A stretch of DNA of 64,000 bases from Ostrea edulis (taxonomy: Eukaryota), in assembly GCF_947568905.1 (NCBI RefSeq), contig NC_079171.1, positions 65,534,001-65,598,000 on the forward strand. The letters run 5' to 3'. Every line of letters begins with the position of its first letter. The first letter of the stretch is position 1. A program made the translations under genes and the position numbers. Below the pieces are notes generated by a model. It was not told the DNA's origin. It made no database searches and saw only the letters and a program-made list of their open reading frames with translations. Positions 25,690-38,430 of the stretch are shown here, piece after piece.

Positions 25690-26410
25690 TTTCTTCTAAT
25701 TTCACCAACTATTTTTGAAATACAGCCACAACGAATTGCAAACAAAGACAGTTGGATTAAAATCATATTCCTCACCATCAAGTCATCCAAACCGTTCCTT
25801 TGTTAAACACCACTTTGATTCCACGCACAATTATTGCGAAGTTGAAATTGAAATATGTTGAAGTCCTCATTGACCATAATTTCGTACTTTTTGTGATCAG
25901 GTCTTCTAATAGTCTGTTGAAATTTCCATGGTCACGAATTGTGTTCTTCCGTTGACTGATATTTTGTTACATTCCCATGAAGCAGAATCTATTAAAAGGC
26001 TTGGATGTGAGAAGAAAAAAAATATCTTGCTGGGGTCTTCAATGCTAAATTTAAGTATGTCGACGACGTTGTATCTACCAACACTGATGTTTTTCATCCA
26101 TATGTCGATTCGATATATCCCTGAAAACTCGAAATAAAAGACACCAGAGAGTCGTCAACTTATTTTTCATACTTAGATGATATTTTATTGAAAATATATA
26201 TTAACGGTAAAGTAACAACTCAACATGATGATAAACAGGATGATTCCAGCTTCTCCGTCTTTAATTCCCATAATGATGTAGCGAAAATTCATTGCCTCCA
26301 GCATATGTGTGCTTATATCTCTAAAGATACTTGACAAGCAAGAGCTTGTTCTGCGTATGGTCTTTTTCTTGGGATTTATACAACCCATCTGTGTTCGTTA
26401 TCTTCTCCTT
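25690..26410 (+). mobile_element. Penelope-like RT core relic
   Basis: DSTH...VE...FPWSRIV/MVTNC region, KFKYVDDVVS catalytic motif, ..DKQDDSSF.. Confidence 0.8.
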
Positions 26411-26579
26411 TCATTTTGAAATGAAAGAAGTTGATCAACTGAATTGGAACGGATAGGCTTCTGAGATATAAATTATATATCTTATTATTCGAGATATGTT
26501 CCATTTATCATGACCATATTGCAAGTAGAGATGGTAGTAGATGATTTATAAGCGGTCTACAACAATTCAGTCCAAGTAA

Positions 26580-27300
26580 AATGAAATATGCTAAAAATAC
26601 GCATCAAAATGTTGTAGGATATGGTATTGTAAATGTAAAATGTTACTATCCCTACTGCAGGTAAAAATCTTCTCAAAAGAAACCGTGTCCTACATTTCTG
26701 ATTTCAAATATATTTTGCAAGTCAATAACTATATTGATTCAAATTATATCCATGATTTTTACAAAGTATTAGATCCATGGTTTGGTGATTTTTTTAATGA
26801 TAGAAGAAATCCAGATGGAATGGACTCGGAGTTTTATTCCATATACTTCAGCTCAGGTGGGTGTAGATGGTTTTAAATAAATTGGCGTTCTTTGAAAATG
26901 TACAACAGTATCTATTTATCGAATCGTTCAAACACCTTACATCTCTTAGGGTGAAAACCTAAAAGTAAAAATGCATAATTATACATCATAAAAACATCCA
27001 TTCAATATCCAAATACTCATTCACATCAAAATAGTTTCCAAAATGTTTCAGGCATTGAGTTCGTGGCATGCGAAATCATTGCATTATTCGTCAATCATAA
27101 ATCACACGACAGACAAGCAGTTTGATTGTAGACAACATCAACAATAGTTTACAACTTGTCATTGTTGTAAATGGCGTCTGGAATGTTGAAATGGACTGTT
27201 AAGCACTACTTTGCAAGCTTATTTTGATATCAGATCAACCCGCTTATCTGATTAAAGGAAATAGTTCACACCGGGTGTGACCAGTCGAAAATATATGTTT
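26580..27300 (-). pseudogene. Paralogue of 23470-24130 (block D piece)
   Basis: Colinear nucleotide homology; ORF-track peptides 26640-26876 and 23481-23717 align. Confidence 0.6.
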
Positions 27301-27531
27301 ATTCATTGAATAATATGGTGGTGCCTTTTTGAATCGTCACCATATATCTATCTTGAAAGTGCCTGCAAACAGCGTCATTATACATTCAGCTCAATTTGTG
27401 AAGAAATAGAGGAGTAGTTATGAATCTTAACACTCGTTCTCGAAAATGATTTAAAACATAATGATCGCATTTATTCAGTTATATCAGAAACATTACTGGA
27501 CACTGACTGTGTACATTTCTTTCTGTTTCAG

Positions 27532-27562
27532 GAGGTTACATGGTAATCAAATAACAAATATA
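27532..27562 (+). pseudogene. Truncated LRR exon (RLHGNQITNI)
   Basis: Good acceptor tttctgtttcAG, then ~31 nt of LRR code running without a donor into a duplicate of the preceding intron. Confidence 0.7.
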
Positions 27563-27630
27563 GATCGCATTTAATCAGCAATATCAGATACATCAATGGC
27601 ATTAACTGTATACATGTCTTTCTCTTTAAG

Positions 27631-27702
27631 GTACCTGCAATACAATCAAATAACAAAGATACCAGAGGCAGCATTCTCCGATCTGGTGAAATTACGAATT
27701 CT
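27631..27702 (+). CDS. 72-nt LRR exon (YLQYNQITKIPEAAFSDLVKLRIL)
   Basis: tctctttaAG acceptor, 72 nt open, GTGAGT donor, phase 2-2, paralogous to 3583-3654. Confidence 0.8.
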
Positions 27703-27746
27703 GTGAGTGTATTTTAAATGTATTTTTGTAGACTAAAATAAAATAG

Positions 27747-27818
27747 GGGGCTAAATGGTAATCGAATAAGAGAGATACCCTCGACAGCGTTCTCCAGTCT
27801 GGTGAATTTACGAGAACG
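27747..27818 (+). pseudogene. 72-nt LRR exon with broken donor (GLNGNRIREIPSTAFSSLVNLRER)
   Basis: Followed by TTAAGTgtattttact where the 3655 paralogue has GTAAGTgtattttact; upstream intron only 44 nt with no pyrimidine tract. Confidence 0.7.
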
Positions 27819-28204
27819 TTAAGTGTATTTTACTTTTTGAAAAAAAAAATAAAGAAGGATGATCATCTGCAATAAATACACATCTTACAAACGACATCAA
27901 TACATATTTAGATTTGTGAAATAAAACATCTGATTCTCTATCACATACACGCACACTTGCACAGAAAACCTTCAGTTTCTATTAGAACGGTAGTTTGTTG
28001 TTATAATAATGTCCTTCTTAGGCATTCAATTATTCCTATGGGTTGTTTTAAATTGTTTAGATGATGTTAGAGTAAGTATATAATTACATTAGGAACTATA
28101 TATTAATAATGATGATTTTGTATTTTAAGTCTGACACCATGAATATTTAACTTAATTGAATATAATAATTTGATATGAAATTTAATTTAATTGCTGTTAA
28201 AAAA

Positions 28205-28430
28205 AAAATAGAAATTCATTTCAAAATTAAGGATTTTCTCCCTCACGCATAGCTCTTACCCTTAAACAAATTTGACTCCACTGTTTTCGCACATTGTTTC
28301 TCCCAATAATAGTTCTAAAACTTCATTGTTATTTAGGATTTCAAACATTTCGGTTGAATATCAGTGTATAGACATTATTTGTCGAAATGCGCATCTGGTG
28401 CATCAGAATTGGTATCGTATCAGTTTTACA
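28205..28430 (+). repeat. Degenerate copy of the hammerhead-bearing repeat
   Basis: Matches 48551-48780; core reads gtgtata. Confidence 0.8.
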
Positions 28431-29524
28431 TTTACATGTGTGTGCAAATTGATTTTATATAAACTTTTCTCTCAAATGTGTAAAGTACTTTAAAGAACTG
28501 TTGACAGGGCGCTATCCATTGTTTTAGATTACAATTACAATTACGATAACAACCAATCCTGTCAATTTAAATTTTCAGCTGTAGTCAGTTCATTTTAGCA
28601 ACACTATCCACCGCATTGATGCCAAACAACATTTAGAAAAGTTACGGTATACGGCAGATTCCCATTTATTTATTTTCAATGTGGTTTAACGAGAATAGCG
28701 AGTCGGAAATATTTCTAACACAGACATTTGTATGCTCGAGGACAGTGTTACGGACTACGTTTATAGTTCAGAGACTAATGCAGATAGGATTGGGTCAGTT
28801 AATGTGACTTGATTTTTGAGTGAGTGAATTAAAATGTTCGCGCTCGGTGTGAAATTGTACACCTCTGTCAAGGATGGTTTCACCCTTAATTTGAAATGTA
28901 AATCATGAAACAGTGAACGGGACGACAATTGACCAATATCATTAATCCCATAAGGAATACAAAATTGAGAGTAGGACAATCACATACCATTGACAACATG
29001 ATATTGTATCAGGTGTTGGTGTGAGTAAGCATACACAGTTGATCGATTTTCGGTACCAGGAACTATATACAGAACAGTTGAAAGAAATTGGTCATTTAAC
29101 CACACTCCTCGCAATGTATTACTTCGTCCTGCAATAAAACCCCGCGTTGGTTTATCATGGTTTTGACAACAGCTATGTATAGACAACAGGGTTGTGAATC
29201 ACCGTTGTTCAGCGAAATTATTCCTGTATGCAAATGGTTGTTCGGAGATATGAGTAAAAAATATAGTTTTCGTAATATATGTTGTTGTATTCTATTTAAA
29301 TGCATGTGCTCTATAAAAAATAATAAGTAACAAAGCAAATCATACAAATGCTGTCTAATTATAAATCCATCTTTCAATTTAACTATATCGTGTTTGTACT
29401 ATCTTCACAAATCAAAGGTTATTGATTCATTATCTCGCACTAACCCTTAACATTAGTCAGCATTCAAAGGCATGGTTTGAGATAGTTGTATAACTGTAGA
29501 GCTCTCTGAAAATAATATTGCACG

Positions 29525-29689
29525 ATGAACGCACGATGAGCCCACGTTGAACTTACGCGGATCGCATGGTGAACGCACTTTGAGCGCAAGATGAACACAA
29601 TGTGAGCGCACAATGAACGCTCGATGAGCGCACAGTGAACACACGGAGAGCACACGGTGAAGGCAGGGAGAGCACATGGTGAGCGAACG
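29525..29689. repeat. 11-bp minisatellite, 15 units (consensus ~RTGARCGCACG)
   Basis: 15 x 11 = 165 bp in perfect register. Confidence 0.9.
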
Positions 29690-30699
29690 GAAACATTGTG
29701 AAACAGAACGTTTCAGGGACTGTAAATCCACGGCCACACGGATTCCATTAGTCTGGAGCGTACGAGCATGGAGAACCAATCAAAGTTTTTGTAGTATTTT
29801 CAATAACTGTGACCTTGTTTTACCTTTAGATAAACTACATTTGTTATGTCTCTCCATTATTAATGTTTATAATAAATGAAGAAGAAATACATAACTTGTA
29901 TCAAATTATATAAATAAATATCAATAGCAACAGGGCTCGAATTTACTAGCTCCCTAAGATGACCAAGTCACAAAAGGAAATCATTTGAATCTGTGATTTG
30001 TCAGTTTGTATGGGGTTTTAATAAATATCATAAGGTATTTTGGACAGACATATAATATGAAAATGTGTTAATATTGTTTCGATACTAGGTTTAAAAGACG
30101 GCGATACAATGATAAAGCGATATCGAGTCTCAGCGGTGCTCAATTTTCGGTGCGCCGTAAATCGAATGTGTTCACAGGAGGTGGATGTGTAGCTCTCTGA
30201 TCTCTTCCGAATATATTTTTTCCAGAGAGTTAAAGTTCGGAATTAAGGTTGGGGAGAGAGGATGATGAAATAATATAAAATTAAGATTAAATGAGATGTT
30301 CTGTTTACGATGCAAGTTTGGTAAGTTTGGTAAGATCAAAATCTAAAGTGAATACTGGGAGTACGTGAACTTTGCATACTGATTTTATACGTAACGTAAT
30401 AAATAATTAGCAGTTTCGCCCCTTATATGTTGTAGCTATTGAGTTATCTATTTCAATGTTAAATACACGTGTTCAATTTGTTGAAACACAATTGACAAAC
30501 ACAGTTGGGTAAGTCATCGTTTTCACGCTGTTCGTAATATCAAACTTAGACTGATTGTTTGTTTAAAAACTAATTTCATAAGATCAATCAATGGTGACAA
30601 CTTCTACACCATGTTGTTTATGCCGCGTCATGTGTATTTAGTTTCGTATTCTACATATTGACACACATGTTCTCTGATTGGCTCCACGATACAGAGTAC

Positions 30700-30942
30700 C
30701 ACACTCCACCCAAGTGTAAAAGGGGTACCTGCCTATAGACAGTGAAAGATATTGTTAAAATGTTAGTGTTCTAGCGCTTGTAATGACATCTTGCACTGTA
30801 TGCTTCCTAGGAGGCTGAGAAAGTTCTAGATTTATATAAGGTCTGCCAGGGTAATAATGTACATTGATTATTGTAAAGCGCTTTGAGCACCAAACGCTGG
30901 AAAGACGCTATATAAAAATAATAATAATTATTATTATTATTA
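30700..30942 (+). mobile_element. SINE relic with L2-type tail
   Basis: ccacccaagtgtaaaaggggtacc body motif; tail tgtaaagcgctttgagca..aagacgctatataaa followed by (tta)n. Confidence 0.6.
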
Positions 30943-31699
30943 CCAACAAAGCATATGCTCCGTTTCTAGCGTTTATTTTGAATTGTGGCTGATGTCAAGG
31001 ATTTGTGCGACATAACCAATCAATAACCCTTTACTTGTGAAAATGTGTTGATATGTCCATTCATACATTTTTCTTATTTTTTTTTTTTTACCAAAATCAT
31101 TTTTCTAATCCATGTGTAAACATTTTGTATGATACAATATCTCAAAAACAATATATAACATGTCAAACTACCTATGCTGTACTGCGTATTGGAGTTAACA
31201 GATTGGTCACTGTTCGTTATCTTCACCTTTCATAGGTCAACATTTGCTTCTTTCCTTGGGTAATCAAAGTTAAGTATATTCATTAGTGAATGAAATAATC
31301 CCATGTTGATATAAAACTGAATTGGTCGTAACATAAAACGACAAAGTAAACGTCATCCCAAGTGCTCTGAATTAAACGGTATCTAAAATATACAGAATCA
31401 ATAGTAGTTTATAGTAAGCATAATCAATTGAGGTCTACAATACATATTCTAAATAGAAACAAATCTAGTGAGTGACATAGACTGTAATAATGTGAAGAAG
31501 TTCTAGGTTATTGTAATCAAAACAAATCAAATTATATGAAGGTGAAACTAACGATCAGTGATTTATGTAATAACTTCATAAGGAATACAATATAGATAAT
31601 TTGACAAATACGGTCCCTTACACATACCAGGGATGAGTTCAGGTATCAAGGGGAAATAAGAATACCTTATCGGTCGGTTAAATACAAAAAATTCGTTTC

Positions 31700-33780
31700 C
31701 AATAGAAAACAAAATCAATCTAAATATACATAATTGGAAACGAAACCTAATGCACAGCACATATAATCAAACATAGTAAACAGCACATCAAATGAAACCG
31801 TAGAGTAAACAAAGGCAAGCCTAATGTACAGTATAGAAAATCAAACCTGGTGAACAGTACACAAAATCAAACCTAGTGTACAGCATATCAAATCAAACCT
31901 AGAGTGATGCACACAAAATCAACATTAGTGTACAGCACATATAATCAAACAGTATATAGCACACATGATAATATCTAGTGTACAGTGTGCGAAACTAGAC
32001 TTAGTGTACAGTACACACAATTAAACCAAGGGTACATTATCTAAAATCAAACCTAATGTACAGTAAACATGTATATCCAGAGATTCATGTTTGTCCAACT
32101 TTCCATTTTTTATTGAATATATGAGTTTTGAGATTGATCACTCTTCGTTATAATCACCCTTCATCGATCACTCTTCGCTATAATCAGCTTAATACACAAA
32201 ATCAGTTGTAGTATATGATAAACAAAACTAATCCTAATATATAATAAACAAAAACAACAATAATATATAATAAACAAAATCAATACTAATATATAATAAA
32301 CAAAATTGTAACGAAATGTTTCCTAAATTGGAAACATTTACCGTATGGATCGTTTATCATATTTTGTATTATGAGGTATATACGCAGCTCAGTTAAGACT
32401 ATCCGATAAAAATCAAAACTAGTGTACAGTACATCAAATCAAACCTAGAGTGATGTACACAAAATCAAACCTACTCTACAACACATCAAATCAAATCTGG
32501 TGTACAGTACACAAAACAAACCTAGTGTACAGTACACACAATTAAACCTAGTGTACAGTATATCAAATCAAACCTAGAGTGATGTACACAAAATCAATCT
32601 TAGTGTACAGCACATATAATCAAACGGTATACAGCACACATGATAATATATAATGTACAGTGTACAGAATTAAACTTATTGTGCAGTACACAAACAAACC
32701 TAGTGCACAGCACATATAATCAAACATAGTAAACATCACATAAAATGAAACCGTAGAGTAAACAAAAGCAAGCCTAGTGTACAGTATAGAAAATCAAACC
32801 TGGTGTACTGTACACAAAATCAAAACTAGTGTACAGTACATCAAATCAAACCTAGAGTGATGTACACAAAATCAATCTTAGTGTACAGCACATATAATCA
32901 AACAGTATACAGCACACATTGTAACATATGGTGTACAGTGTACAGAATTAAACTTAGTGTGCAATACACAAACGCAAACCTAGTGTACATTGTACACAAC
33001 CAAACCTAGTGTACAGCACATCAAATCAAGCTTGGTGTACAGTACACAAAACCAAACTTTGTGCACAGTACACAAAATCAAACCTACTCTACAGCACATA
33101 AAATCAAACCTAGTGTACAGTACACAAAATCAAACTTAGTGTACAGTATGCACAATTAAACCTAGTTTACATTATATAAAATCAAACCTAATGTACAGTA
33201 CAAATCAAACTTAATGTACAGCAAACATGTATATCTAGAAATCCGTGTTTGCCCAACTTTCCATTTTCTATTGATTATAAGAGTTATGAGATTTATTACT
33301 GTTCGTTATAATCACCTTTCATCGATCACTCTTCGCTATCATCAGCTTAATAAACAAAATCAGTTGTAGTATATGATAAACAAAACTAATCCTAATGTAT
33401 AATAAACAAAAGCAATCCTAATATATAATAAAGAAAATCAATACTAATATATAATAAACAAAATAAATACTAATATATAATAAAGAAAATCAATACTAAT
33501 ATATAATAAAGAAAATCAATAATAATACATGATAAACAAAATAAATACTAATATATAATAAAGAAAATCAGTAATAATACATGATAAAGAAAATCAATAC
33601 TAATATATAATAAAGAAAATCAGTAATAATACATGATAAACAAAATCAATACTAATATATAATAAAGAAAATCAGTAATAATACATGATAAACAAAATCA
33701 ATACTAATATATAATAAACAAAATAAATATTAATATATAATAAACAAAATCAATACTAATATATAATAAACAAAATTGTA
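31700..33780. repeat. Large 26-bp satellite array with higher-order duplication
   Basis: cacaaaatcaaacctagtgtacagta and aaagaaaatcaatactaatatataat subtypes; 32040-32410 is duplicated at 33190-33885. Confidence 0.93.
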
Positions 33781-34589
33781 ACTAAATGTTTCCTAAATTA
33801 GAAACATTTACAGTATAGATCGTTTATCATATTTTGTATTATGAGGTATATACGCAGCTCAGTTAAGGTTATCCGATAAAAATCACAGTGCTGTTATAAA
33901 TGTACCCCTGTGCACGTCGCACCATATGACGTGAGCATGTAAAAGTACGTCACAGCTTACATGTTCTGATAGTTGTATCGCGGGGAAAGTGTTATATCAT
34001 ATTCCGTCGTTATTTACTATTGTTGTCAAGTGATCAGCTGTATATGTGAAAACATCTCTTGTCAAACGATTTTATATATTATTCCTTTATAATATCAAAT
34101 AATATTCTCCATTTTTAATATACCATATGCACGAAGGTGATATTTATATTTTATTTTGACCTTGAAATCGCCCCCTGTCTGAATGCCTTATACAATGTCT
34201 ACTGTAATCTGGCCCAGGAAATATATGATATCAGCAGGGGTCCCAAAATCTAGCATTCAAATAAGGGATATATAAACAAATCAAAACTACATTTAATTTG
34301 ATCCAAAATTATTTTGTGTTTTATGACAGGAGCGTGAAGTTGGCAGAGAATTGCCAAAAATGTCCTAAATCAATGAGAAAATCAATAAATTCAGGGTGTT
34401 TTCCTTTTAGAGCAAATCCATATTCAAATACATATTTCGTCGTCTCTCAATAGACAATATATATTAATTGTATTTTGCTCGACAGATGGGCAACCCTTTT
34501 CCTAAGCAATGATCTGGATCAAATTAAACAGTTATCAAACTCGTTTTGAAAAAAGGCTGGAAAAACTCTTATTCATGACGTAAATCACT

Positions 34590-35025
34590 CTGGCCAATAA
34601 TTCAAACTGCTAACGACATGCTGTATTTATACATAACAGATGTTTTGCAAGACCCGGATTTATATAACTAGATAATTAGCTCACCATCACAATGAGTATT
34701 TACATGTTATTTTGAGCAACACTTATATAAGAATGTATACCAATAAAACAAGACAAACACAGAAACATTCGTTATTTTACAAGATGTGCCACATTTTCTA
34801 CACAATCGCGGTTATTTCTAATTATAAACAACATGATCGGTATCGAGATATCCATGACATCGTCCAAATTCCTGTAATGTTGAGGAGATAAGAAAGCAGT
34901 ATGTAAAGATTTACCGATGTATGTCAAGTCTAAACGATGAGGGATATATTTGATAATAATACATTGACAATATTACTAAACGTAGTAAATGATAACGATG
35001 TTGTAGGAATCTGTAAAGAGACAAC
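34590..35025 (-). pseudogene. Block C remnant, copy 3 (26-bp satellite at 35090-35350)
   Basis: Colinear with 8650-9081; acceptor ttttgtacAG at 35026-35027 (minus). Confidence 0.4.
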
Positions 35026-35359
35026 CTGTACAAAACACAAAAATCAAGCCAATCTGTGTTTTTTTTTATAAATAAATGTACTTTACATAAACATTTATAA
35101 CAAGTATATAGTATACAAAATCAATCATATTCTATGTTAAACAAATACAAAAACAATGTGTAGTAAACACAATCAACTCTAATATACAGCAAACAAAAGC
35201 ACTCCTGGTGTATGAAAAACAAAATGTATTCTAATCAATCCCAGTTTAATGTAAACAAAGTCAAACCCTACTGTACACTAACGAAAATCAACCCTACTGT
35301 ATATTAAACAAAATCAATCTTAGTGTATAGTAAATATAATCGAATCCAATATATATCCA

Positions 35360-35745
35360 ATCGAGGTAAGCTACTGACAAACAAGTTGATGGTACAGGGA
35401 TTTCAATAGTTTCGATTGAAGTCAGCATTTCACAAATTCTATGGTCGTTATAACGATCTAGTTCGTCAGTACAATCTCGAATTGGGTCAAATGCTGTCTG
35501 ATGTGTTTCATACCGATTGTTAAGCCGCGCTTGTCACGCTGATTTTGACTGCGGATAACTCCGTTTACCTGATCAGGATATAGGGCTAACGGCGGTTGTG
35601 ACCGGTCAACATGGGATGTTTACTCCTCCTAGGCACTTGATCCCACCTCTGGTGTGTCCAGGGGGTTCCGTGTTTGCCAAACTATCTATTTTGTAATCCT
35701 TGTAGGAGTTATGAGATTGATCACTGTTCGTTATCTTCACCTTAC
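35360..35745 (+). mobile_element. Penelope-like 3' fragment
   Basis: Near-identical to 3150-3535. Confidence 0.88.
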
Positions 35746-36550
35746 AGACATGAGTTATCCTTTCACCGATGCTATATTTAAAACAATGAAGGTCAATTAT
35801 GTGACGTAATGATGTTTGTGTTCGTCTGAAACTCTGTTTATACATGCAAGGTAGTGATTAGAAAACATCGGAACTCGGTATAGGCTGATAAGAAAACATC
35901 GTAGCATTAGTTCAGGGCTGTAAAAGTTCCGGGGAAGTTAGGAAATCATTAGGAATATTGATACTTTTTTTCACAATTAAAACTTAGACGGTACCAATTT
36001 TGATGCACCAAATGCGCATTTTGACAAATAATGTCTCTTGAGTGATATATTCGATACAACTTGTGTTCTTCAAATTTATTTCACTTCTTTTTTTTCGAAT
36101 GACAAACAACTGGAAACCAATACTATTAATTTCAAATGATTATGATACTTTTTAGTCGAACTGAGAATCATGACAAAGTTAAGATACACATGTAACAAAA
36201 TTAGTCAATCTCATATGTATCATGAAAGGTGAAGATAACGAATAATGATCAACCTCATCAATCATATTAGTAATACAAAATAACGAGTTTGGCAAACACG
36301 GACCCCTGAACACAGTGTAGGTGGGAACATGTGCAATAATTCATATTGATGTAGATGCTCAAAAACCTCATACAGAAGTCCTCAAGCTACACGTGTCGTT
36401 TTCAGTGCAGCAAGTTTAAGCATTTTATCTTGTATTTTAGCGTTCCTAGGTGTCTACTTCAATTAAGTAACACTGATCAGTTTCATATGCCTGACTACTT
36501 CATGATGTACGGACTATAGAGTGCAGATAGTATTTTTCGTTGGATAAATG

Positions 36551-36806
36551 TTTGATAGGTGTTTGATTCATTTGATAGGTGTTTGATTTATTTGATAGGT
36601 GTTTGATTAATTTGATAGATGTTTGATTCATTTGATAGGTGTTTGATTCATTTGATAGGTGTTTGATAGGTGTTTGATTCATTTGATAGGAGTTTAATAG
36701 GTGTTTGATTCATTTGATAGGTGTTTGATTCACTTGATAGGTGTTTGATTCATTTGATAGGTGTTTGATTCATTTGATAGGTGTTTGATTCATTTGATAG
36801 GTGTTT
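36551..36806. repeat. 20-bp minisatellite (tttgataggtgtttgattca), ~13 units
   Basis: Directly visible tandem array with a few shortened units. Confidence 0.95.
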
Positions 36807-38280
36807 AAAGGAATACTGTCCATCTCATGATATCCTGCAAAGTTTTCTCAAGATAACTTTATGCAATTCACGTTTTCTATTTTTAAATCAATGACAGGTT
36901 TCTGTACATTATTACTATTCAAGCGACCAAATTCAAATTGTTTTATATATTTATACTAGTCCTCGCGATAGGGGATGCAATCCATTGTTCACTGACATGT
37001 ACAGGGAAATTCAAAGGTTTTAATTAAATAAAAAGCAGTATTACAGTAAGCGATGTCTCGGCAACATATACCATTCATTATCATGGTTCGTAATAGGATG
37101 CAGTAGATAAAGGTCACGATGAGTTTGAACTGTTTAATTACAAACATGCCATGTTATATAACACATTTATCTGTGGACAGACACTACAATGCATTTAATG
37201 GGTGGACCTGTAGAATTAACACTGCTATCGATGTAAACCATTAAACGTTTAAGAAACTATATATGAAACAAGATAGATGGAAAAAAACCATACATATGTA
37301 TTCCAGCGATACGTAATAAACGTGTGAGTTAATGATACTCTGTTGTGCCTGATGTTACGCGATTTGACCCACCGTTTAAAATCTGGAAACTAGATTTTCA
37401 GACAGCTTTACAAAGTAATATTGTTATGAACTGAACGACGTGACGAACAAAATAAATACCCTGTATATCCTAATTATGTCAGCAGATTATCACCTGGTGG
37501 ATAACATTAAGGCACTCTATAGGTAAGCATGACAGGTTCACCCAGAAAAAAAAACATCTAGCCCCTAGGACCTCACTTCCATATTTCCCAGAATCCGAAA
37601 TTGCCCTTCTCTCGATTCTGTATTCCTTATGAGATTGATTACAATTCGTTAAGCTGATCTCGTAATGATAGCACCCGCTCTCTAACAAATGCGCAAACAA
37701 TTCAAATACGTTGGGCGATGTGTAACTTGAAAGTATGTTATATAAATGGTAGCTATACCAGAGAACGTAACGTATCTTTACAAAAGTTTACTGTCTCAGC
37801 AAAACTTAGAGAGTCATGGTTTGTGTAGTTATACAGATTATATATATTTGCATTGGTTTGTCCAGCGTAAAATGTTTCTTTTTTATGAAGGGTGCTATAC
37901 TAAATACAGTACCGGATATATTGTTTTAGGATAGTGAAAGTGAGACTGTACTCCTTTCCTTACACTATAGCTTGTTTTCGGCGCTCGTCCTTTCCTATTC
38001 GTTATGGTAATAACAAAATTCTAAGAATCAAATAGCATTTATTAATTGCAATAACGTGATTGGAAATCTAAACCTTTCTCTCGTTAGGCAGTGTTATCAT
38101 ATAAATATAATGAATCGCATGTGTCCATCCAAGTAGGTAATATATTTTATGTTCAGTTCTTAAACTTTACCATACATATTATATAAAAATGTGCATCTGC
38201 ATAAAAATAATCTATATAACGAATGAATGACATCGTACAGTGATTGAATTTAACGCATGGGATATATTGAGGACAACTTG

Positions 38281-38430
38281 AATTGAGTACCACTGATCAG
38301 TTGCATCTGCCTGACCACTTCATATTGTACAATTAAGTACCACTGATCAGTTTCATCTGTCTGGCCACTTCATACTGTACAGTTAAGTACCACTGATCAG
38401 TTTCATCTGCCTGACCACTTCATACTGTAC
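38281..38430. repeat. Three tandem 50-bp units
   Basis: aattaagtaccactgatcagtttcatctgcctgaccacttcatactgtac x3; one copy at 36461-36510. Confidence 0.95.

Noticed and set aside
33915-33995. Promoter with CRE-like (tgacgtga, tacgtca) and NF-kB-like (ggggaaagtg) sites
   Set aside because: Short motifs expected by chance; no linked transcript start or intact gene can be shown
31700-38430. CRISPR-like appearance of the short repeat arrays
   Set aside because: Units are contiguous with no unique spacers, and the context is eukaryotic
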